Shown here one piece after another: positions 48,789 to 58,420 of a stretch of 64,000 bases of DNA (within the stretch, counting starts at the first letter, position 1; every line of letters starts with the position of its first letter). Below the pieces are notes generated by a model, which searched no databases, was not told where the DNA came from, and saw only the letters and a list, made by a program, of their open reading frames with translations. Origin of the DNA: the human T2T-CHM13v2.0 reference genome, Homo sapiens. The stretch is taken from NCBI RefSeq assembly GCF_009914755.1, contig NC_060933.1. The stretch is one strand, 5' to 3'. A program made the translations under genes and the position numbers.

Positions 48789-50279
48789 CTATAGTTCTCA
48801 TTGGAGAGATCTTTCATTACACACTTTCATTAATTTTTTTGTTAAGCATTTTATGTTTTGCCGTATGCTATTTTAGTGGTATTTTCTGAATGTTGACAGG
48901 ATATAGAATCACAATTGGCTTTTGTGCATTGACTTTGCGCCCTGCAAGGCTCGACATTCACATATTCGTCCTAGCAAAGTGCCTGGTAGGCAGCTCATTC
49001 CTCCTTCCTCTGGCAAAGGAGAGGCCCCAGATCTCAGGCCTGGTCTGCGGTGGGAAGAGCCTTGCACCGGAGCTGCCGGGTCTGCAACCCTCCGAGGTTG
49101 GATTTCCAGTCCCTGGGCTCAGTGCCTGGGAGGGGAGACGGACTACCAGGGAACATGGCGGGGCCCCTGTTGGGGACACAAGAGCTGGCCGGTGCCACGC
49201 TCTGGGATTCCAGGAGGGTGTCCTCGTGACGCAGTTCCTTTCTGGAGGAGGATGAGTGTGCCAACTGAAAAACTACCCGGGAACATGAGCCTGTGTTTGT
49301 GGCGCACCAGCCAGATTTTACGAGTTCCGAAAAAAAAAAAAAAAAAAAAAAAAGAGGCTACACCTTGCAGAAGTTAGGGAAACACGAACCACACAGACAA
49401 ATCTCAACAGCATGGCGACGAGTTTCAGGGGCAGGACAAAAGAAGCGCGTGCCACGTGATGCCTTTAGAGAAAGCTCTGGAACAGGCGCCGTGAATCCAC
49501 GGTGCTAGAAGTCGGATGGGTGGTGATCTGGGGCAGGAGGAATTGACTGGGATGGGCCGGGAGAACTTTCTTGGCTTTAATAATATCTTTATATAATTGT
49601 GATTGTGGTGTGGGTTACATGGTGTAAACAGCCATCAAGACTTGCCACACCCTCAAGGGGTGCATTTTATTGCATGTAAATTACACCACCCTAACGCTGA
49701 CGTTTAGGAATGTGAATGATAAACCTAACGATTTTCTTTCCGTCTGGAGTCGAATGAAAAGAAACAGTCCGTAAAGAGACCGAGGGGAAGACTTGAGAAG
49801 GCGCACTTTATTGACAAAGTAACCTTGGGAGTTGAAAGAGCTGGGTTACTTATTACTTTCCTCAAGATAAGGGAGCGGGGACCTCGCCATGCCCTTGGAA
49901 GAACCAGGAACCAGGATCCCGCCGAGGCAAAGGCTGATCCCGGGCACTTCTGCGGGTGCTGCGTTACACGGGGCGAGACGCTGCCCGCAGTGCTTCCTGG
50001 GCCATTAGGTCAGAAAAGTTAATTTCCTGATGGCCACATAGTCTCGTGGGACATTGTATTCTTCAGCTAATCTATAAAATGATGTTTATTTTTAACTGAG
50101 CTGTGTTTGCCACACTCATCACTGCACAAACTGTGAGCGCATGGCTTGGGAATTTTGCCAGCAAGTGCATGTGACAACATGGCCAGGATGTTGACGCCAC
50201 CGAGGGAGGCACAGCCTTTCGCCCACCCAACCCCTACCCCCCAGATCGCTAGTCCTTCTTCCTCCATGGCTCCGTTTTA

Positions 50280-50500
50280 AGCGGGCACATTTCACAGATT
50301 AAAGACTACATTTCCCAGCCTCCCTTGCAGTGAGGTGGGTCGTATGACTACGTTCTAGCCAATGGGATGTGAGCAGCTGTGGCAACACAACTTTTGGGAG
50401 GCATCCTTGAAGAAGAGGGCCCTGCCTCCTTTCTGCTGGCTGGAGTGCAGATGTGATGGCTGGATCTGGGGTGCCATTTTGAGCCATGTGAACGAAAAGC
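50280..50500 (+). mobile_element. ERVL LTR relic (LTR16/LTR33-like)
   Basis: AAGACTACATTTCCCAGCCTCCCTTGCAG...TTCTAGCCAATGGGATGTGAGCAG. Confidence 0.55.
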
Positions 50501-50749
50501 CTATCCATGAAGTCTGGGGCTCCCTGGGCCACCCATCCCAGCTTCATTGGGCTGAGAAGTACACTGTGTTTTGACACCACTACTATTTCAGTTTTGTCAT
50601 TTCTCTTTGGAAAGTTTATGGGATATTTTGGGCTTCATTCCTGTGTGGGTTCTTGTCTGTGGGGCCAGCAGATGGCAGTGGGGACCTTGTTTGCAGGCTC
50701 ACAGACCTGAGGAGCGTTTTATCCATTTAAACACATAGCGGGTGTGAAC

Positions 50750-52400
50750 CAGGTCTCCAGGCTCCATTCTCCGAGCACGCGAGCGTCTGAACAGAGTTCT
50801 GTTCTCGCGCCTCCGGCACAGCCACTTCCGTGAGAGGAGTGCGGCGGGGCAGCCAGGACGAGCCTGCAATTCCAGCGCCGGCCTCCTCTGCTGCGGCTCC
50901 ATGGCTAAGGTAGCGGCACCTGCGGCCCAGAGGGCCCGGCTCTCGGCGGTCCTGAGGGATGGGCGCCGGGTCCTGCTCCCGTCCGAAGTGTGACCTGTGG
51001 TTGGTCGCGTCCACGTGGTCCTGCTGACTATCTACTTACTCGTTGCGGCTCAGGGCCTCCCTTTCCCATCGGACCGCGTGGAGAACGGCACACCATTGCC
51101 AACTGCTTGTTTAGGACTATGAAGGGGTCACTTTTCCAGACCCTCGTCTGGGGGTCCTTCTAGGGGCTGCAGAAGCCACGAGTCGCTAAGGGGTACCTGC
51201 CGCTTCCTCTGCCCCAGGGCGCCCCTGACCTCCGGGCATTGGGGCCCGGCTCCCCGCAGCCTCCCACCCCGCCCCGCTCCCGAGCTAGCAAAGCCCACAT
51301 GGCCCCGCCGTCTACCCCGGCGCCCGCCCCGCCTCCCTGGGGCCGAGGGGCTGGCAGGAAGACTCGGGGCCCGCGGAGGTCCGGGGCAGGGCGGAGTGCG
51401 GGGTGCACGCGCTGGAGCGCGGCCGGGCCCGAGGCGCAGTGCGGGCGGCGGCCACAGGGCGGCAGCACAGCCGCGGCGGCTCCGAGGCTCGGGAACCCGG
51501 GGGCTCCGGCCCTTGCGCCCGGGCGAGGTCGGTGGGAGCCCCGGGCGCGCCCCCTCCCCTGCCTCGCATGCCCCCGCGGACCGGGCCGGGGCGGGCGGGG
51601 TGTCTCCGGCGAGGTCCGCGCTGGGTCGGACCCCCCTCCCCACCTGCGCCGGGCGCACTCTAGCCCCACGCGCGGCGGCGTCTGGTGGGCGGGGCGGGGT
51701 CCCCAGGACGAGCCGCGCGTCCCAGGCCGCGACCCCAGCGCTGGGGCGAGTGGGTGCGCGGCGCTGCGAGCCGGGTGCGCCCCCTCGGCCCGGCCCTCGG
51801 CTCTGCCCTCGCCCCTCGCGGTGCGGGCGCTTTCCGGGTGCGCAGGCGCCCCGCCCCCACCGTCCCCGCCGTCCCCACCGTCCCCGCCGTCCCCGCCTGG
51901 CGCGCTGGGGACCGGAATGGCCCGGCTGGTTTTGAATGTAGAGATCGGGCTTTGTGAGCGGCTGCCCCCACCCCCACATGCCCCCCACGGCCCGGCTCCC
52001 TCCCCCCGCACCCCGGCCCCAGCCCCCCGCCCTCATTAGCATAGCAGCTGCTCGCCGAGCCGGACGGCGCGGAGGAAAGGGCAGAGGCCTCGGGAATGAA
52101 TGGGGGCCGCGGCTTTGGAGGGGCGAGAGAAGAAAGACCGACAGACGGACGCGCGGAGGACGGTCGGAAGGACGGCCCGGCAGAAGAATGCGCCGGACGG
52201 GTGTTGGGAGTTTCCAGCGGGGGGAGCGGCTCCGGGCGGTGGAGCCTGAGTGTGCGGGGGTGGGTGGAGGGCGGCCTCCCGGGGACCTCCAAGCCCCGGA
52301 GGGTCTGCACTGGAGGCCCTGGAAGCAGCAGTTGCGGAGGTTCCCAGACCTTCCACGGCCCCTCCCGTGTTCCAAGCCGTCGCATCCCGGCCTCAGGCTT
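50750..52400. promoter_or_regulatory. Orphan CpG island between TOR4A and NRARP
   Basis: ~1.6 kb of very high GC/CpG, several GC boxes, no recognisable CDS. Confidence 0.75.
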
Positions 52401-53560
52401 CCTTCCCCAGGTGTCCCTGGCGCGGGGCCTCCTTTCCCGTCCTTCAAGGCCCAGGTGGACGCTGCCTCCTCCCCGCAGGCTCAGGGAGCTTCAGGGGCAG
52501 CTGGCCTTACCGATGTCGGAGGCTCTGTGCGCCGGGTGTTCTAGTGTCCACGACCCCTCTGTCCCAACCTGTGCTGAGCTATGAGGCCTTTGGGGGACAG
52601 ACCCCAGCGGGCAGCTCCTTCCCGCTCTTCCTTCCCTGCACCCGTCTCCCTGGCTTCTAAGTCCTGTCCACCCTCCTCTGGCCTGCTGTGTCCTGGCTCC
52701 CACGCCTGCTGGCTTCAGACATCACTCTTTCTAGCTGACCATCTTCCTGCATTTCCTGGTCTTTCCGTGGCGTCTGTTCCAACGTCAGTGCTTCCTGCCT
52801 CCAGCCGGGGTCAGATCAGAGACAGACAGTTGGACGGGAGCCCAGCAGTCCTGGCGGGGGATGTGGGGCAGGCCCTGACCTTGCCGGGACTGTCTCCTTT
52901 CTCTCAGGGGTTCCCAGGGACCCAGCCCCCACCTGCCAGCCCCTCCACCGTGGCTGTCCTCCGTGCCTCTCGGCCGGACACCTCACCTGGCCTCCAAGGC
53001 ACACCTGCAGATCTGGGAGGCCGGGGCTGACGGTGTAGGCTGGGCCACCCAGACCTTCTTTCTCACCCTGGCCACAAAGGGGCCTGCCTGGGGAGGGGGG
53101 TTGGGGACTCCCCAGTAACTCTGCCATAGGCCAGTACCCACCATAGCTGCTAATACCTACCAACACCCTGCTGCAGTAAGTGACCTGCTGAACACAGAAG
53201 CACTGGAAGAAGCGTGTGCACAGGCCCCTGAACTCAGGAGGGAAACAGGCATCAGAGACACATAGCAGCATCGACCTGGCCATACCCAGAGACCAGGTAC
53301 TTCCTCCTTTTTGCCCATACCCCAGAGCTGCCCCCCCCTCCCCTTGTGGCCAGGGAGGCCCACTCTTGGCGCACAGGTGGCCAGCCTCCCCCTCCACTGA
53401 GCTGCTTCTAGGAATGTGCTACCCCGGGCTTCCTAACAAGGACAAGCCTGTAGGCTGTGCTCAGCGTCCCCGGACCGTCCTCCTGGGCTCTCAACACCTG
53501 GACCCTCCCAGCTGAGATTTCATTCATAAATCTGACCCCCAGAGGTGGGAAGAAAATTGT

Positions 53561-54059
53561 GGTTTTAGAGAGTGTGTCTACCTGCCCCTAGGGCTGTGCC
53601 TGGTTTTAGAGTGTGTCTACCCGCCCCCTAGGGCTGTGCCTGGTTTTAGAGTGTGTGTCTACCCGCCCCCTAGGGCTGTGCCTGGTTTTAGAGTGTGTGT
53701 CTACCTGCCCCCTAGGGCTGTGCCTGGTTTTAGAGTGTGTGTCTACCTGCCCCCTAGGGCTGTGCCTGGTTTTAGAGTGTGTGTCTACCTGCCCCCTAGG
53801 GCTGTGCCTGGTTTTAGAGTGTGTCTCTACCTGCTCCCTAGGGCTGTGCCTGGTTTTAGAGTGTGTGTCTACCTGCTCCCTAGGGCTGTGCCTGGTTTTA
53901 GAGTGTGTGTCTACCTGCTCCCTAGGGCTGTGCCTGGTTTTAGAGTGTGTCTACCTGCCCCCTAGGGCTGTGCCTGGTTTTAGAGTGTGTCTACCTGCTC
54001 CCTAGGGCTGTGCCTGGTCTTAGAGTGTGTGTCTACCTGCCCCCTAGGGCTGTGCCTGG
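53561..54059. repeat. 40-42-bp minisatellite, ~12 copies
   Basis: GGTTTTAGAGTGTGTGTCTACCTGCCCCCTAGGGCTGTGCCT units head-to-tail without spacers. Confidence 0.97.
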
Positions 54060-55592
54060 CAAGAAAGGTCAGCGAGGCTGTCCCCAGTCATCCGGGCCGG
54101 TCAGTGTACACAGCGACACCTGGGGAGGAAGCAGACCCCCTCCAGGGCTCCACCCTCTCAGCCCTCCTCTCCTCAGCTGCCCACAGGGCTGCCCGGGCAG
54201 GCTTCCTTTTGTTCCTGCGCGAGAGAAGAGCAGCACAAGGCCTTTCTCAGTCAAATGTATCTTTCAGAAGACAGAATTTAAGGGAGCTGCAAAGAGTACC
54301 CTGGGGTGGCAGCCATGTGCCTGGGAGGCCCCTGGTGCCAGGCCAGGCCTCTCCGCAGTGGGAGAACTTCCCGGATATTGCAGGGGCAAGCAATTGGCTG
54401 GGACCCCACCCACCTGCAGGCTAATGCCAGTAACAAATGTTACCTTTGTTCTTCAGACCCTGGGTGGGGAAGGGTGGAGTGGTCCAGCATAGCCCTGGCC
54501 ATCACTGGGGCTGCCTGACCTCATTCTCTGGTTACCCCAATCGTGTCCAGGTTCTTGTGGCCACTCTCCTTTCCAACGGCTGGGCATTCCCGGGCTGGCC
54601 CAGGGCAAGACTTCCCAAAGCCTGCTTCAGGGAGCTGGCCCATCTCCCAGGCCGATTCTGCAGGATAGGAAATGCGTAACCGACGGAAAACGCGCCTGGA
54701 AAACCAAGGGTAAACAGGGCGGCAGTGCAGAGTAGGAAGGCGGAGGCGTGGGGAAAGTTTGTGGGAAGGGCAGCCCTTCTGCGGACACGGTTTAGGGAAG
54801 CAGATTCCCCTTACATTCGGCAGAGGGGTTTGAAAAGTTGTTACCTTGTAACTCCCGGTCTTTGCCCTTCTCCAAGTTCTCTCTGCTGGCTGCTCTTGCT
54901 GGGGGCGGGTGTGCTCCCTTGCAGCCCGGTACAGGGCCCCCAGGGCCCCAAGGGCATCTCAGGAGTGGACCAAGAGTCTCTGCTCCTTTCTGTCAGGTGC
55001 CAGCAACAGCCATCCTGCTCTGCTCTCCTTTCTTGCGAATGGGAGTGCCCGGCCCCGATGCTCGTCTAACTCAGGGTCTGTGCTCTTTGGGGTGTTTTGA
55101 CTCCAGGCCTGTGCAGGCCTCCAAAGCTCCCGGGTGCCTCCAGGGGACTTTCTACCTGCCAGGAGTGAGCAGCTATGGGATTTCCCCCCAATTTACAAGA
55201 TACACTTTCTGTGCAGCAGGCAGCCTCCAGCATGACCCCCTAGCGGGTCAGAGTGGGCAGGGCTTCAGGCCGAACTCTCCTCTCCAGCGGAGGTCTCAGC
55301 TGCTTTGCTGGGGAACAGAGCAGAGGCTGTGACACCAGCTCTGGGCACGCTGGAGGTGCTGGGTCCTCGTGAGTCCTGTGTGCAGCCGGGTTGGGCTTGG
55401 CCGTTGCGTGGGGCTGGGAGCGAGTTTACCAGGCTCTGTCTTCAGACAAATACAAGCCAAGCATTGTGCACCCAGCACCCACAAACCGTGTCACAGCCTG
55501 ACCCTCGTCCCCAGAGAGGGTGTTCTGCAACTTGTGCCAAAGCCAAGAAGGACCAAGAAACTTTTTTTTAATATAAAAAGATCAATGAAAAA

Positions 55593-55598
55593 TTTATT
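55593..55598 (-). terminator. NRARP poly(A) signal ending a ~1.9-kb 3' UTR with AU-rich stretches
   Basis: TTTATT on plus (AATAAA on minus), followed on minus by a U-rich tract; a second candidate lies at 56025-56030. Confidence 0.75.
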
Positions 55599-57503
55599 TA
55601 TAAATTTTTCACGCTGGGCTACAGGTCAATATCGTACACTCAGGAATGTGCTGCACAAACTTTATCCAGTTAGCAGTGATCACCCCGTGACCCACACACA
55701 GCTTCGATATAAGCCTAGAAAGTCTTAACATTAATTAACATAATTAAAAAGGTATTTGCATCTAGAAAAAATATACAGAAGAACTCCTTGTGGAGTAATC
55801 TGTGCCTCCATTTCAATGTCTGCTTGTTTCACTGACATTATCAATATATTCTTCTCACACAAAGTTTTATAAAAAGCGACGGAGGGCTGCCCGAATACGA
55901 CCAGCCACGCACAAAGGGCCTCCACCCACCTGTGTCCTCAAGTGCTCCCCATTTCTGCACGAAGGGTCAGCAGCACTTCCATGAAGGGGAAACCTCATTT
56001 AAATTTGAATAATTCAGCCTCCCTTTTATTTCTCAGGATCAAAACAACAAGGGGTGTGGGGCTGCATAGAAAATTGGAGCCACAGAAACCAGGAAGGGCG
56101 CCTTTCAGGACAGAAAGTGACGCAGGAGAACCTCCCCGGGCCCAGGTCTCGACGCAACCCCTCCCCCACGGCAGGATTTCGGGTTCGAATTGAGTCCTCG
56201 AAGCTCTGGGAGGCTAAAAAGGGGCAAAACGATCCTTCAATTAACTCAGCCATTAGCACAAGAGATTCACAGTCTTATAGGTATTTTATAAAAATATAAA
56301 TATGGGTACACTCTGTTGCCTTCACAACGCTGGATACATCGCCCTTTAAAATTGGGTTTATAACCAAGATTCAAAAAATACACCTAAAACTTGGCTTAAA
56401 ATATGTTAATATTTTATATTCTGTCATAAATGTTATGACATTTAATTGTGGCAAATCCATTTACTTTTTTTAAAAAAGTGTGCAACCGTTAACTATGATA
56501 GAACGCACTAGAAAAGGTAACGAACCTTCACCCACCCCCCCGTGTCCCCGCCACCCTCGAGCGCCAGCGAGCTTCCAGGATCCTGGGGAAACTGCAAAAC
56601 AAGCCGGTTTGGGGGATGGTGGCCTCATCCAGGAGGGGCGGGGGAGAGAGGCCCTGGGGCTTCCAAAACTCACGGATTTGAGGGAGAGGGAGAAGGAGGG
56701 AGGGGGAACAGAACGGGGTGGGGAGGTAGACGCGGGGAGAAGGGAAGGGGGAGGGACAGCACGGGAACACCATCAGGCTGGGCGGTATTTTCAGTGCAAC
56801 CAAGAAATGGTAGACTCAAGTTTTTAGTTTTAAGACTAGAAAAAAATGCATCACTCCCCCCCATAACCACATTGACCACGCAGTGTTTTCCAAACAAAAA
56901 AACCAGGCGCACAAACTCCACCCACAAATGTACACACACAAGATAAATAGTTTAGAACACCAGCAACAGCGAACAGCCGAGCGTCTCCTCGGCCGCGCGC
57001 CAGCGGCGCGGACCTCGGACCTCGGGGCTGCTCCTCGGCTGCAGCCGGCATCGGCGCGTCCCGGGCCTGCGGGCGGGTCCTGAAGGCGGCGGCGGAGCGC
57101 TCCGAGTCCGCCTTCGGCTCCCGCCGCCCGCCTTTCACCTTCGGGAGAAAACATTTTGCGCAGAGGATCCGGTATCTCGGGATTCCGAACTTGCTGGTTG
57201 CGAGACTCAAATTTCAAAAGGGGCTGGAGCCCGCGCCCCGCCCCCACCCGCGAGGCGGCGGGCAGGCGAGCGGGTGGGGGCCGTGGGAAGCTGCTCCGGC
57301 CCGGCCGGGCCCGGCTAGGCCGCAGGGAGGCGCTCGGCCGGCGGGGCTGCCGGACCCTGGGGCCGGGACGCACGCGCCGTATTCGCCGTGGCCACGGGCC
57401 TTCTGGCGGGGCCTGCGAGCCGGGCGCGCACCGAGGTAGTTGGCGGGAAGGTACAGCAGAGACGACGCGGGCGCAGGGCCGGGGTCCGGGGTCCCGGCGG
57501 GCA

Positions 57504-57848
57504 TCACCGGCCGCTGGCCGCGTACTTCGCCTTGGTGATGAGATAGAGCACGATGTCCTGGTGGCCACCGAACGCGGCGATGTGCAGCGCGCTCCAGCCG
57601 TCGCGGTTGGCCAGGCGGATGTCGGCGCCGAACTTGACCAGCAGCTTCACGAGCTCCAGGTTGCCGTCGATGACCGACTGGTGCAGCGCCGTCTGGCCCT
57701 CGGGCCCGAACGAGTTCACGTTGAACTCGCAGTTGGTCATGTTCTGCAGCAGCGACTGCAGCTCCTGCGTGTTGCCCTTGCGCACAGCCTCCTGGAAGAT
57801 GCGCTGCGTCTGCGGCGCGGAGCAGGTGGACAGCTCGGCCTGGCTCAT
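57504..57848 (-). CDS. NRARP: NOTCH-regulated ankyrin repeat protein, 114 aa, intronless
   Basis: MSQAELSTCSAPQTQRIFQEAVRKGN...GQTALHQSVIDGNLELVKLLVKFGAD...GWSALHIAAFGGH; ankyrin repeats; 345 nt. Confidence 0.98.
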   Translation of the reverse strand: MSQAELSTCSAPQTQRIFQEAVRKGNTQELQSLLQNMTNCEFNVNSFGPEGQTALHQSVIDGNLELVKLLVKFGADIRLANRDGWSALHIAAFGGHQDIVLYLITKAKYAASGR

Positions 57849-58194
57849 GCTGCCGCCGGGCGCGGGCCGCGGGCCGGGCCGGGGCTCAGCGCGGGCGGCG
57901 GCTGCGGCGCGGGCCCCCGGCTGTCTCGGGGCGCGCCTCGGCGCATGGAGGGCGCGGCGTCCCCGGGCCCCGCACGCCGCCTCTGGGCGCTCCGGGCGCT
58001 CGGGGCCGGGGGTCGCCGCCGCGGGGACCCCGCCGCATCCAGCCGCGCCCGGGTGGGCGACGGGGGCGCGCGCTCGGCTCGCGGGGGCCGGGCCCGGCCG
58101 GGGACGGCGGCGCCGCGCGGTCCCGGTCCCTACTCGGTTCGGCTGCGGCTCCCACGCGGTCCCAAGGCGCCTCCCCACGCGCCGCAGCACTAGC

Positions 58195-58420
58195 TCGCCC
58201 GCCGCGCCGGGGCGCCTTTTACCTTCTTTATATTTGCATAACAATGGCAGCCCGTGACGCGCGCGCCGGCGGCCCCGGGATTGGGCCGCGCCCACATGGG
58301 GGCGGGGCGTGGGCGGTGCCGTGCGCAGGGGTCCGGGGGCGGGTCCCGGCGGCGGCGCGCTTCGCGGCAGGGGGCGCTGGTCGCCGGCAGCGCCTGGGCG
58401 GGGGAGGCCAGGTGGCCGCC
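58195..58420 (-). promoter_or_regulatory. NRARP: NRARP core promoter inside a CpG island (~56950-58950)
   Basis: TATAAA 58232-58227, OCT-SOX composite 58232-58246, CCAAT 58280-58284, GC box ~58299-58307, CTCF-like GCGGCAGGGGGCGCTG 58364-58379. Confidence 0.8.

Noticed and set aside
51128-52447. Several 200-440-aa ORFs in the orphan CpG island
   Set aside because: Arg/Gly/Pro/Ala low-complexity translations open in several frames, as expected from GC content alone
53561-54059. Repeat units beginning GTTTTAGAG, resembling type II CRISPR repeats
   Set aside because: Units are head-to-tail with no unique spacers, no cas genes are present, and the context is human; an ordinary minisatellite. Its periodic ORFs are by-products.
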